From the NCBI RefSeq assembly GCF_009914755.1, contig NC_060931.1: a stretch of DNA of 64,000 nucleotides. The stretch is one strand, 5' to 3'. A program made the translations under genes and the position numbers. This DNA is from the human T2T-CHM13v2.0 reference genome, Homo sapiens. Under the pieces are notes generated by a model. The model did no database searches and had not been told where the DNA came from. It saw only the letters and a program-made list of their open reading frames with translations. Below are positions 48,057-62,782 of the stretch, in pieces (the first letter of the stretch is position 1; every line of letters begins with the position of its first letter).

Positions 48057-50708
48057 TCAGCAATTTTTAAAAGAACTTTTCAAGTAATTCAGTCGTTGTA
48101 AAGTCATTTAATGTGGAGCATAATTAACACTTTCCTTAAAAAGTGTGCCTCTTGAGGATAAAGCAAACTTTAAATAAATTTCTTAAAGCATATACTAACA
48201 ATCAGAAACTGAGTGTAAAGACCTATTATGGGTACCTAAGTATTAGCAGCATGCAATAGAGATACTAGATTTGGACCAGGAAACAGAACCCTTAGTCCCC
48301 TACTTAAAATAATGATAATTCAACTCTCTTCCTGGATAAATGCTTTCATATCACCTTGACTTACGTTGAACAAAACTAAAATTACCTTTTGCAGACCAAC
48401 TTTGATACCCTTGAAGATGTTAAGTTTTTTTTACTTTTTATTGCCAGTTAACATAGGGACCAGATAGTGAAAAATAGCTGAAGTGTTTTTCCAGAGAAAT
48501 TGGAGATCAAGACAAGATAGAAAATTACAGGGGAATTGCTGATCTGTATACCCAAAACCCTAAATTCCTGCCTCTTCAGTGTTAAGAATAAGACATAAGC
48601 TTTGTATACAAGTTTAAAACCATATGATTTCCAGTTTCTTACAAATGAACCATATATTCATCTAAAAATAAATTCTAAGTTTACCCTAAGCATGTTTTAC
48701 AGTTGTAAATTTTTGTGGACGTGAACTTAGTTATCTTTTACTTACAGTTATATCAAAGCCCCCAGCTTATTTTAAAATTATTAATGCTTAAAAACAGTTT
48801 GCTGTTTTTAGTCATTTTGTTGTTGTTGTTGTTGTTGTTGTTTTTTTTTTGCTTTGTTGCCTTTTAATGCACTTTTGTGATTTAAATAAGAAAAAAACAT
48901 ATTATTTGTTTTCATGTCTGGAAGTTTCTGTTTCTTTGACACCTTTGTCCCTTCTTGTATCAACTGAAAAAAAAAACTGCATTAAGAAAGAATAATATAG
49001 TTTATTTGATGGTTGTGCCAGTAGGCAATATATAATTAATAGTATTTTAATTATTTAAAGTAAATAAAACTCATGACCAATCCTTTTAGTTAGGTAAATA
49101 AAGGATTTATTAGTATTTATTAGTTCATCTCTGTGTTATCTTCACATATTGATGTTATTGTCAAAACAGAAAAAGGGGTTTGCTTGCTATCAGAGTACTT
49201 TTCTTGGACTAATATATAATGATGATATTGCATCCTGTTTGGTTCCCTGTTACATTCCCATTTAGTTGTGATGTTTCCCTTTCTTGTGAGCTTCTTATCT
49301 GTTATCAAGGCCTATACTCATAAACTATGTGTCTTTCAGTAACCAGGAGGAATAGCTATAGGGAAGATATTAAGACAGAAATTCAAAGATACCTTATATA
49401 TTATTCACAGTACTAGCAAACATAACGATATCTACCCTGAGGAGAAGCTTTTATAATCTCCACAGAGGGACATTAAAGCAAGAGAAAACAGTTTGTTCTC
49501 AGAAGAGCTTGTAGTCCAGATGGTAAACCAAACATATGTCCATAAAGGGATTCATTTCCTCCCCAGTGTGAAACATGGGCTAGTCTACCAAAAACATGAG
49601 TGGAGAGTGCTAAATGCATACTGAATCAAGGAATGTTCCAGGTGTTAAAGATGTAATCAAGCACAATTCTCTAAATGTGTTGATGGACATAGAATGGCAG
49701 AAAAATGAGTGAAATGATACTACTGTTCTGAGTGAGAAGAGCAAAGCAAAAAGCAGAGTGGTCTGTTTGAAGTCGATGTGTCACACTAGGTGCAGTGAAT
49801 GATTGTGCTGTATGGTTGAGGGGTCCATTGATGTAGCCCCTAAAAGATCGAAGGAGATAATTACTTTGAATGCCTTGGTGTTCTTTTCTACTGTCTTATT
49901 CCATACCTAGATATGCATGTTTACTACAATCCTTCATGGTAAATACTTTTCTAATGATATCAGCTTATGGCAGGTTCATGTTTATGGCCAAGTGAGTTAC
50001 AAAAATTAAACTGTACAACTCTAGTTTTAAAACACTTTCAATTAGGAAAAAACACTAAACTATTAATAGTGGTTTTCCTTAGCATGTACAACAAATGACT
50101 TTTTCCTAGAGTTTAAATTATTTTCTACAATGAATTTCTTTTGCTTAATGAAAAAGATAGCTTTTTATTGTAAAAAGAATTTAAAAATAAAAATAAAAAA
50201 CCTCTTCCAAATACCCAGGTAATCTAGGGCGGTAGTTTTTTGGCTTGAATTATCTAATTAATTGGCTGTATTCCAACTTTACTTTGTTGGTAGACCCTAA
50301 ATATTAGAAGCTGTTCATATAGCTTTTGCTAAGTTATATGAATTACATTGCAAAATCTGAGGATACACTGGGTAATCTTGGTGAAGTCATTGACTCTTTT
50401 TAGGCATAGTTTTCTCTTTTGTAAAATGAGAGACTGAACTAGTTAAACTTTAATGTCTATTATATAGCTCCAAATAATGTAATTAAGCAAAACTGACTAT
50501 CAAGAATTATTTTCATTGTTGGCTTTTTGACCCTTCAAATTATATTTATTTTTCATGAGAAAAATCTTTTCACAGTAACTTCCCTTTCTCCAAACTTAAT
50601 AAGCTCAGCAGGTGATTAAGCCACATTCTTCACTTTTGAAGAATGTTTCATGCAATCTTAGGATCTTTAGGACAGGATCTGGCAGGTTTTATGCATCTGT
50701 TAGCTCAC

Positions 50709-50760
50709 AACACAAGTGTGCTATGTAAAATGGGAACACAAGTGTGCTATGTGAAATGGG
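50709..50760. repeat. 26-bp tandem duplication
   Basis: AACACAAGTGTGCTATGT(A/G)AAATGGG x2. Confidence 0.92.
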
Positions 50761-51108
50761 GCCACAAGTCTTAAATGTAGGGCATTGGGAGAAGAGAGGA
50801 TATGCCAGTAAACAGAACCAATTCTCATTAGTGTTAGAGCGTGGCTGTTTGTTTAGAACATTTATTAGAACTATTGATATGGAATAATAAAACTTTGCAG
50901 AAGAAATGATTTAAGAAATTAGCATGTTCTTTTCATTATAATTATGTTAGGGAAATAAAAAATGGGACTAGATCTCTAGAGGTCTTCCCAGCTCTGAGAG
51001 CCTTTGTTATAAAAGGGAGTATTTATCTGGAGCACCTTTTACTTTTTTTTATTTTATCAAAGTTTTACATATACATATTTTTAAAGCAAAATAGTAACAC
51101 AAGGCTTA

Positions 51109-51516
<408 letters not shown>

Positions 51517-51764
51517 TTAGGTAGTTTTTTCTTGATCTTTCAGTATGGGATATTATCTTTGACTTTGTTATAGGGAAGACGAGGACTTAGACCTCTTTAT
51601 CTCACCCAGTTTCCCTCCTGGCTCCTCATACTTCCCATCCCCCTCCATCCTTTCAATTTAAATATATCATAACTTTTACTATATCATATTATTACAACTA
51701 TATATTCATCATCATTATGAGGATTTCCTTTGCCTCTTTCCTGTATTGATACCCTCTTTCCTGA

Positions 51765-52089
<325 letters not shown>

Positions 52090-52159
52090 TGGATTCCATG
52101 TTTTCTACTTTTGTATAGGTTTTGAAAGTCACAGAGGTGCCAGCTTTCATCACATTGTA

Positions 52160-52735
52160 TCAAGAGTACATATTATTAACATAACTTATCAGTTTTGATG
52201 TTGACCTTGATCACCTGGCTAAAATAGTGCTTGTCTAGTTTCTGAACTGTAAAGTTCCTCTTTTCCCTCCTTTTTCCATACCGTAATCTTTGTGAATCAC
52301 TGTTCACAGCCCACACTTCAGAAATGGGGATCAGTGTGCAAATGAGTGGATTAAAAAAAAAAAAATAAGAAAGGGAAGTTACGCTCAACCTCCTTGAAAG
52401 CAGAGTATCTGTGTAAATTGTTTGGAATTCTACACAGATTTGTCTGTTGTCTACCATTTGTTTGTCAGTATGGACTCATAGGTATTTATTTTATAATTTG
52501 GGTTATAATTTAATACTACTTTAGTTTATTGTTCAGGTTGTCCAGCTTTCACCATTGGGAGCTCTTTCATTTGGCTCCTGTGTCCCTTTGACACATTTCC
52601 ATTTTGGATATTTGTTTGTTTGTTTGTTTGTTTGTGTGTTTCATTTTTGGAGCACTTCCTTACTTTCTGGCATTACAAGATACTCCAGGCTTATCTTGAA
52701 CATTTCCTGCCCCATTCTTAGAATCAGTGTTTAGG
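52160..52735 (-). mobile_element. Old L1 (L1MC-like) 3' fragment
   Basis: gatgttgaccttgatcacctggct ... ttcagttgg-like/ctcctgtgtccctttgaca ... caagatactccaggcttatcttg. Confidence 0.65.
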
Positions 52736-55065
52736 GATTTTTTTTAATTGGGCTGGATTCTTTGGTACTATTTATTTATATTTTATTTTTGATTCTGGAG
52801 TAGTATGAGATATTTGTAACATGAGTATATTTTCATCAAAATATTTCAAGAATGGTCTCTTTGCTTTGTTTTGGCTATCCTGAGTATTTTGGTTTTTGAT
52901 TGACGGTGTTTTTATCAAGATTACTATCAGGTGACTAAAGTAACACTTTGTATTGTTCACCTGACATTTATCATTTCCAAGTGAACTGTTTACACACAAG
53001 TGAATTTTTCAAATGCTTAAAGCTTACACTTTTCATTTATTCATTCTTTCATTCCTTCAAGGAGCATATTTTAAGCACTTACCAATACTAGGCAATATGC
53101 TAGGTACTCAGACAGATAAGACACAGCTCTGTTTCTTGAGTAGTCCATAGTCTAGTAAGGGCATAGTTGCCCTTCAATTCAATACGTGGTGTGGTGAAAC
53201 TTGAGTTGTAGTAGAAGCCAACACTGGAGATCGACACTTTCTTGACATTTTAAAGGATGACATTAATTAGCCAGATGAAGTAGGAGGAGATGGACAAGGT
53301 GTTATAACAAAAATGAGCAGCATGTAACCAAAGGAGTATGGCACTTTTGAGGTACTACAAGGAGCTCAAGGCAACTGGAGTGTAAAAGAAGATGGAACCA
53401 GTGGAGAGAGTTGAGCAGTAGGCCTAGAAGCCATCCTGAAGGGCCTCATATGCCCTGTTTGTACGTTAACATTTTCAGGGCACTCTTAGAGGGTTTTTAG
53501 GCACAAGAGCAATCACTTTGACAGCATTATAGACAATGGATTCAAGTAGATGGGCAACTACATGAGAAATCCACTTAATAATCTAATCTGGAAATGAGGA
53601 CAGTGGTCACAGAGCTGGAGTGGAAGGTATGGATTGGAGAGCTATAAAGGAACTTAACAGCTATCAACAAACTTTATCAACAGATGGGTGTGAGGTTAAA
53701 AGAGATTAGGTGTTGATTGAAGTGATGAATAAAACGTAAATCTTTACCTACACAGACCTCACAATATAGGCATGTACAAAAGAAGGATAATATAATTAAA
53801 CCACAGTTTATGTCCTTACTGAACAGAAGTTTGTATGTCTACTTTCCAAGTATCTTGGAAGCATTACTGTAGATTAACAATCCAATAAGTGATCATTGGC
53901 AAAGGAGTAGTACATGTGAGGATTAAATACTGAATAGCTCCAGTGTATCACACTCTTGAATTCTCAAAAAGAGAACCAAATAAATTGGAAAGAAACCAAC
54001 ACTAGACATATGGAAATTTTTCAAATAAAATATGTTTTCCTCTGGCTCAGTCCTTACAGCTATTGTACAACAGCCCAACTTTAGCTGTCATGCCAGTGCC
54101 TCTAAAAACTTCCATTTCCTGGCAGAGCTTTACTGGCAGTGTTTCTATCTCTGGTCGAAATCACAGTGATACAATACATTTACACGGTACGTTAGTCTCA
54201 CCAGCTCCTCCCACTTTTGCAAATAGTTCCGTAAGTGAACGTTTGACACTTGGAAAGACAACAAATGTTTTTGCTTACTATGTGTCACTGTAACATTAGT
54301 TGAAGTCATTTTCTATATTAATAAATGATGCAAGTGCCTTTAAAAATATCTAATGGACCATAACCTAGGACATAACAGTCTCTTATTGAATCTAGCCAGT
54401 ATTCTTAGCAAATATCTCAGTATTTCCATAAAGCCACTGGCAAGTGATAGCAGCCCGTTTTTGCAGTTAAGAAAATTGCAGTAGCAACTTAGATGTATCA
54501 TCTAAAGCCTCCTTGTCCAATAATATTTTTCTTATATATGCTGTTTCCAAAATAATATGCCTCAAAATAAAATAAGCATATTCACATGTCAGATAACAAG
54601 TTTATATAGTCCCTTGGTTACAGATGCAGTTGCAAAAGGAGGTGGAAGGCATCCAAAACACAATAATTTTTATAAAATGAGATAAAGGACTGGGAAACAG
54701 TCCAAGATGTGTCTAGACAATAATAGCCTCCCCTAATTGGAGTGATAGTATTCATTAGATTTATTAATATCCACTGAAATACAAAATGAAATAAGAAACA
54801 CATTTTATACCTTGGCTTAGTAAGTGGCAGAAAAACAGTATTTGTCTGCATTTGTTCCGTTAATAACTTTATACCAGTAGTAACCAGAAGAAACTCCTAG
54901 ATAGGCTGTACAAGTGGTTTTCTAGCTTCTTTTAAAAAGGAACTACTGGGTTGATATCTAAGATATATTAAATTTATTAAATAACTTCTTAATGTCAGAA
55001 ATTCAAGTATAAATTGTTTTTGACATTAAGACCAACTCCTGTTCATTACAAGCACCTGACCAACT

Positions 55066-55410
55066 GTCTTAATAGAAAGTACTCTAGACTCAGTAGCTTA
55101 TAAACAACAGAAATTTATTTCTCACGGTTCTGGTGGCTAAGAAGTCTGAGATCAAGGCCCCAATAAATTAGGCCTCTGATGAGGGCCTGTTTCGTGATTC
55201 GTAGATGGTACCATCTTGCTATGTTCTCACATAATGGAAAGGGAAAGGCAGCTCTCTGGGGCCTCTTTTTATTAGTGCACGAATCCCATTAATGAGGACC
55301 CCACCCTTATGACCTAATCACTCCCCAGCCACGCCTCCCAATACGATCACATTGGTAATTAGGTTTCAACATATGAATTTTGTGGAGAGACAAGCATTCG
55401 GACCATAACA
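55066..55410. mobile_element. MLT1A/MST-type MaLR solo LTR
   Basis: cttataaacaacagaaatttatttctcacggttctgg ... ttaggtttcaacatatgaattttg ... cattcggaccataaca. Confidence 0.82.
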
Positions 55411-55436
55411 ACAACATTCTTAAAACTACCATTGTA

Positions 55437-55610
55437 GGCCAGGGGCAGTGGCTCACAACTGTAATCCCAGCACTTTGGGAGCCTGAGGTGAGAGAATTGC
55501 TTGAGCCCAGGAGTTCAAGACCTGCCTGGGCAACATAGTGAGACCTCATCTCTACAAAAAATTTAAAAATTGGCTGGGGTGGTAGAGCAAGATGTTGTCT
55601 CAAAAAAAAA
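55437..55610 (+). mobile_element. Internally deleted AluJ
   Basis: Left monomer plus 3' stub; TSD ACCATTG(T/C)A. Confidence 0.8.
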
Positions 55611-55962
55611 TAAACACCATTGCAGGCTAGTCAGCCACTATTAGATTGTGGAATCTACTGTGTATTTTATGTACCAGAAATCCAGGGTCTTAAACTTTTT
55701 TGCTGAGCTCTGAAGATACCACCACCATGCATCATATTTTCAAGTAGCCTCTAGGAAATGCCTTGTAGAACCCAAATTGAAAACTAACGTATAACTCTTT
55801 ATGTTGTGAAGGTGGTCCTAATGAAATCTAACCATCCCCAAAAGTGTCTTCCATACCTGACTCATACCTTTAGCAAGTGACATCACATTAAATTTGTCAA
55901 AATCAGTCTTTAATACCTTATTTAGAATTATGCAGCTATAGAAGGAACATGGAGGAAATTAT

Positions 55963-56155
55963 AGAGCTGTGCTGCCCAATATGGCTAGCCACTAGCTCAC
56001 ATGTGGCTGTTTAAATTTAATTGAACTTAAATTGAAAATATAGGTCCTCACTTAAACTAGCCACATTTAAAGTTCACAATAGCCACATCTAAGTAGTGAC
56101 TACCGTATTGACAACGCAGATGTAGAACTATGTAGAACATTTGACAATACTGTCT
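55963..56155. mobile_element. MER3-like hAT-Charlie MITE
   Basis: gtgctgcccaatatggctagccactagctcacatgtggct ... tagtgactaccgtattgacaacgcag. Confidence 0.75.
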
Positions 56156-56538
56156 AGAAAGTACTGATACAAAAAGCACTTTAGTTGATAATGGCTTATA
56201 TATTTATATAAAAATGCCTATATGATGACTTCTCAAGAGAAAAGATTGTTTATAACTGGAACCTATAATTTTATTTCATTGTGCCAGAAAAGTAGCTTTT
56301 AAATTTATAAATTCTACTTTTTTCCCTTAAACTCCTACCCTAAAATACTTCCAAATGTAGAACTTCTGAAGGCTACATATGATATAGAGCTACTTCAGGA
56401 TTCCCAGAGTTTGGAAAAATGATTTCTGAAAGCACTATATGAGATAAAAGTTTCAAGTATGACAACTCTAATTTTTCTACCCCATTTTGTACAGCTCTTC
56501 TACATATTTTGCTCATTAGCACCTTCTTCACAATGTAT

Positions 56539-56543
<5 letters not shown>

Positions 56544-56575
<32 letters not shown>
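56544..56575. repeat. (TA)16 microsatellite
   Basis: Pure TA run. Confidence 0.95.
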
Positions 56576-56580
<5 letters not shown>

Positions 56581-56819
56581 TTATTTTACTTCTATCTAAG
56601 GCCCTGAATCTGCTGACATATGACTTGTAGCTCCTTGGTAGGTAAAGGTCAATATATAGTAATTCTTGTGTGCCATTATCTTGAGGAGCAGGATGTTTGC
56701 ATAGACTAAATTGTCTTCCTATATATTGCTGCTTTAGTTACAAAGGTTAAAATTGTAAGTATAAAATGGAAAAACCAGTGAGGGACAGAGGAACTTTGGA
56801 TGTAATGGGCCTCTGGATG

Positions 56820-57453
56820 CCCTGAGAAGCATTTAATATCACTTATATTCATATGTAAGTGGATGCATGACCTGAATTTATTCATGAGGAAACATCAGAC
56901 AAAAACAAAGTGAAAGAACATTCTATCTAAAAAGTGGCCTGTATTCTTTAAAATGTCAGTATCATGAAAGATGGGGAGAAGAGGGCTGTGATAATGGTGG
57001 GGAATTATTCCAGATTAAAAGAAATTAAAGAGATATGATAACTAAATGCAATATGTGATCTTGCACTGTATCCTGGACTAGCAGTGGAGAAAATGCTTAA
57101 AGGACATGATTAAGACAGTTCCAAAAACTGGCATATGGATGATAAATTAGATTTAAAGTATTGTATTCATATTAAGTTTCCTAAATTTGGTGACTATACT
57201 ATGGTTATGTTAGATAATATTTTGTTTCTGGGAAATACATTCACAGAAATGTATTGAAGAGTAGAGGGGCACGATGCCTGCACCTTATTCTCAAATGAGT
57301 CAAGAAAATAATAGTGTGTGTGAAGAGAGAGAATATGATAACAAATGTAGCACAATGTTAACAGTGGATTTGAGTAAAGACTATACAGGAGTTCTCTATT
57401 TAAGCCTTGTAACTTTTCTATAAATTTGAAATTATTCTGAAATAAAAATAAAA
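56820..57453 (+). mobile_element. L1ME-like 3' end abutting the BCAP29 exon 7 acceptor
   Basis: actaaatgcaatatgtgatc ... cttgtaacttttctataaatttgaaattattctgaaataaaaataaaa, a typical old-L1 terminus. Confidence 0.75.
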
Positions 57454-57471
57454 CTATTCGATATTTTCTAG

Positions 57472-57572
57472 CCCTTTCTAAGGCACAAAATGATGTGATG
57501 GAAATGAAGATGCAGTCAGAGAGACTTTCGAAAGAATATGATCAACTCCTGAAAGAACACTCTGAACTTCAG
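57472..57572 (+). CDS. BCAP29: BCAP29 exon 7
   Basis: attttctag|CC ... CAG|gtgggt; 101 nt; ALSKAQNDVMEMKMQSERLSKEYDQLLKEHSELQ. Confidence 0.95.
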
Positions 57573-57793
57573 GTGGGTGTGACATGCACTTTATGCACCT
57601 AAATGTTTTGAAATAGTAATTACCTAAGTAAATTATTTGGGTTATTTGTCCTTAACTAATCAAGATGATGTACTTAATCCTGGCTTTGTTAAACGATTTA
57701 AAGAAGCCAGATTTTTACCTAGAGGGTAAAGATTAGGACATTGCAGGAAAATACAAGATAATTTTAAGGAATTGCTGACTTGCATACTTACAG

Positions 57794-57872
57794 CATTCCA
57801 GTTTTGGTGAATTTTTAAGCAAAAGAAGCCACAAAAATGGCAGCATTGGAAAACAGACTGGTTCTAGAAAAG
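57794..57872 (+). CDS. BCAP29: BCAP29 alternative 79-nt cassette exon (frameshifting; 348-aa isoform)
   Basis: ctgac branch-like site, tacttacag| acceptor, near-consensus donor AAG|gtgagt. Open in frame after exon 7 (HSSFGEFLSKRSHKNGSIGKQTGSRK) and continues into the 62468-62745 open frame; 690+79+278=1047 nt. Confidence 0.7.
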
Positions 57873-58509
57873 GTGAGTTTTGCTCTTTGGGATGTTTGCC
57901 ATATTCATGCCAAAATGAGGCCAAAATTTCAAGTTCCACATCACACTACTCTTGTCTCAGTGTTTTAGACATATTAGGACAAGACTTTAGCATTCAAATT
58001 TATCATTTACCTCCAAATGTTGATTTGAAAGATGGAAATGGGAAAAAAATGTTTCATTGTTAAAGCCACAAAGTCAGATCTGGGCCATAGGTTTTCTTTC
58101 TCTTTCTCTCTAATTCAATAAAAGAAATGGTCATCCCTGTTAGGCTTGTCTTTCCTCCCTCCCTTCTGCTGCCAGCCAGTAACCTGAATTGATTTCTCAG
58201 ACACACTCTGATCAATTGGGGAAGAGACCATTCCAGAGACAGCCCTGGCCTTCCCTCCCAGTTTCTCCCAAGACAGACTGGTTGGGCTTGTCTTCAAAAT
58301 TTGGCAGCCTTTGTGGCTTTCAGTCAGGGCTTTTTACAAATAATAGCTTTTTATTTCACTGTACACATTTCCCTGCATCTTAATGGTCATGGTATCTCCA
58401 AGACTCAGCACTGTTCCTGGCACAAGGCAAGCATACACTATACTCATAGACTTTGTAGTCAGACCTACTTGGAATACCTACCTATACCTGGCTGCATGCT
58501 AGGTTTTTT

Positions 58510-58690
58510 ATCTTAGGCAGGTTATAGCATCCCTTTGGGGCTCACTTCTTTCATCTATAAAAATTGAAACAATAATGATGCCTGGCTCACTGGATTGTTA
58601 AGAGAACTAAATAAAATGTGTAGGTTTTTTAGCACTATGCCTAGCTGACAGTAAACACTCAAGAAATGATAGGTATTATCATCATCATCT
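58510..58690 (+). mobile_element. MIR SINE
   Basis: ctcacttctttcatctataaaaattg ... agcactatgcctagctgacagtaaacactcaa. Confidence 0.65.
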
Positions 58691-59251
58691 GTATTACTTC
58701 CTCTGTAGGAATTTTGCTGAAAGAATGACTTATTCTCAACCAACCACTTTGGCCTTGGTTTAGAGCCAGTAATTAAGTAACCCAAAGCACATATTTGTAA
58801 TCTGATATTCCCAGTTGGTTTGCATGTTTGGTTTAACTAGCCTACTTTGACAATAGCAAAAGACAAGGTAGCCAGAGAAGGGTGAATACCCTGTATGCTC
58901 CAATCCCAGGACACTGAGGGCTCAGTTCACATGGCCTGGAGCAGATAGGTAGATTGTCAGCAAGACCACCCCTTCCCCGTCTCAAAAATAGAGACCCTAA
59001 AATTGCTGACCTCATTGGGGCATGATAATTATTCGTGGTATCTTTCAAGGTCCACCTTGGAAAGTGAAGAAGTCACTTCAGAGACCTCTTGCCTAGAAAT
59101 ACAACATTTTCCCCCTATTTGTGAGATTAGGGTTTACTCAGCCAGGTTGAGTATCGACATTAGTGGACTTTGCCATGATGTCAGACATGCTTAGATCTTT
59201 GAATGGAGAAAGGAAAACCAGAAGTATGCCTTCAGTTTCTTACGGCCAGTG

Positions 59252-59307
59252 TCCATTGTTGAATGTCTCCATTGTTGAATGTCTCCATTGTTGAATGTCT
59301 CCATTGT
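59252..59307. repeat. 16-bp tandem repeat x3.5
   Basis: TCCATTGTTGAATGTC at 59252, 59268, 59284, partial at 59300. Confidence 0.93.
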
Positions 59308-59456
59308 GGTAACAGCCATTGGTTCTCTTAATTCTGAAGAATATATATAACAGTGAGATTTCCTCAACCCATTTCCTCCCCACAGAAAAGCCACAGTCAG
59401 CCTGGAGCTGCTGCATTCTTGGTAAAGGAAGTAGAAAGCTTTTAAGAGTGATTCCT

Positions 59457-60155
<699 letters not shown>

Positions 60156-60184
60156 TCTTTGGCCTTTGCTGATCATTGGATTGT

Positions 60185-60575
60185 GTTCTTGGATCCATTC
60201 TCCTCTCACCACTGCTTTACTCTGTATCTCTGGGAGGCCCGTTTCCAAGGCTCCCTTGCTGTCTGACTCAGTCTGGGCAGGTTTAGCCAGTGGCAGGCAC
60301 TAGAAGACTGAAGGCAGGAGGAAGGGGAAAGCCAGGGATTTCTTCTACTCTTTCTGCTATAGAGGCCTTCTCCTTTATGACTCCAGTTCCTTCCCTCTAG
60401 GTCCCACTGGGCAGCTTCTACATACTGGCCTTCGCACCTGGGCTCCATAACCCTCATCCCTCCAGCCCAAGAAGTGGTGGTGGCTTTTCTGCTATTGATA
60501 ATCCCAGAGGTGCCTTACCACCCTGTTTGGTGTGTGTACTTTTTCATCACCTGTAAAACCAATTTCCCATAATAT
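60185..60575. mobile_element. LTR33/LTR16-like ERVL LTR remnant
   Basis: ggctcccttgctgtctgact ... ggtttagccagtggcaggcactag ... ggaggaaggggaaagccaggg. Confidence 0.45.
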
Positions 60576-60873
60576 CTCTGTTGGAAGGAAAACAAAATCT
60601 CAGCTCCATAGTTTACCACTTCTGTAACCCACAGGTGACTCATTTGACATCTATGCTCCTCAGGTACTTTACTACTTAAATAAAGGTTGTAATACCTTAT
60701 GAAAATTAAACCAGATCCTGTATAAGAAAGCACTTTATATATTTATAATCAAGAATGCTATTTATTATGTCCTGACTGGTTACATTTTTTTCCTTCACCT
60801 ACCCATCCCCCACCGTTGTCCAATATGAGACCCTGTATAAGATTCTCAGATTTAGATATCATTAAGAGCCCCA

Positions 60874-61218
<345 letters not shown>

Positions 61219-62467
61219 TGAGCCCTGCTTGAGAAGCAAAAGATAGTTACAGATCCTCTATGGTAAAAAGCTCTATCAAATTGTCCTCATGAATTTACTT
61301 CTGTTGTCAAACTAATCTTAGATATTGAATTATATGCTAAGGTTCTTTGGAACTAGCTTCCTGAATTTTACACAGTTGACATATTTTCATTGGAACAATC
61401 ATAAAACGAAAGATCATTAAAATATTAAGGAAACAAAGGTTAAAGAGGGAAACGCTGATTTCTTTACTGTAAATAGATCCCAATTTGCATCTTTTAAATC
61501 CTTTTGGATTTCCCCATCTGGTCCCCTCCCTGTTATAGGCACTAAATAAATATTAGAAAACAGTCCCTTCAAAACATGTAGTCCTTTCCTTATTTGCCCT
61601 GCCTCTCTTCTAAAAAAAAAGAAAAACAGAACTAACTAGAGATTATTGGCTGCACAAACCCATCAGCACCTGCCAGTTTTTAAATTTCATTTTGGAAAAT
61701 CAGCCATCACTTAAGGGACTTGTCCATAATAGCTTCATTAAAGCTTTGTTTTTTATCAAAAGGGGGCCACATATGTAAACTTGTGGAAGTAATTTACCTC
61801 CTCTACTCTTGTCTTCTTATTTGATTGCAAAAGTTAATGTTATTAAAGTTGCTATGGAAGCATTAATGTTCAGCCTGAACAAGAGCTTGACGAACTTCTT
61901 TATACAAGCAATAACACTCTGCAACCCCATTTTATGAGATATTTTTCATGATGTAGACATTTACTTTCTTAGCACAAGTGATCTCTTAAGATTAATTTCT
62001 TTTCCATTTTCCTTCAGTTTTAAATGATGTAATATAGTAATCTTTATAACATGATCAGCCAAGTATAATTTGAGAAGTCAGTTCTGTTGGCAAATATCTG
62101 AAGGACAAAACCAAAGCCACCCTAGCTGAGGTTTTTGTCCCTTCCTTCTTTCATTTACCAAAAACCTTAATTGGGTTAACAGTAGGGGAATTTTAGAAAT
62201 CATGTTTTCCTAATGTAACCTGTGAAACAAAAGCAAAATAGATTAAGGCAAGGGGAAAAATGAACTTACCAAGAGTGTTCTTTTTCCTAAGTAAAAACCA
62301 CAAATTTTATAGTTTTTTAAATTTTAGACTTTCTCAATCCTTTTTTTCACATTTAATTATTCTCATAAGTATACATAGAAGAGAGAATGTTTTTTAAAAG
62401 TCCTTGTCATGTCTATGAATCTGTTTCTCTTTGCTGTACTACATAAATCATATTTTTTTCCTTACAG

Positions 62468-62503
62468 GATCGTTTAGAAAGAGGCAACAAGAAAAGACTG
62501 TGA
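62468..62503 (+). CDS. BCAP29: BCAP29 last coding exon; DRLERGNKKRL*, C-terminal KKXX ER-retrieval signal; full CDS 726 nt = 241 aa
   Basis: tttttttccttacag|GAT; stop TGA 62501-62503; 92+101+151+136+109+101+36=726. Confidence 0.96.
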   Translation, partial: DRLERGNKKRL

Positions 62504-62776
62504 ACTTTATAAAAGACACTTGCAATATACTGTGTCAAAATGATAATTTTGTTATGTTAGCCTCTAGAAAATTTAAGTTCAGAAAAATGCACTATGACCG
62601 GTTCGTAATTTTTTTAATGCCACACATAGGTTGTATTGTAATGGCATTATCAAAATATTTGATGATGTTTCAGATATATTGCAAAGTCTGTATTCCAGCT
62701 CTTAAGAAAAATATAAGCATGTTAAATACCATATTTACATATTGATAATGTCATTGGTATATGGTGGCTGTTTACC

Positions 62777-62782
62777 AATAAA
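62777..62782 (+). terminator. Candidate proximal poly(A) signal of BCAP29
   Basis: AATAAA ~275 nt after the canonical stop and ~30 nt after the alternative-frame stop. Confidence 0.45.

Noticed and set aside
59252-59307. Short direct repeats (also 50709-50760, 63272-63325) as a possible CRISPR-like array
   Set aside because: Head-to-tail repeats with no unique spacers, eukaryotic intron/UTR context, and no cas genes.
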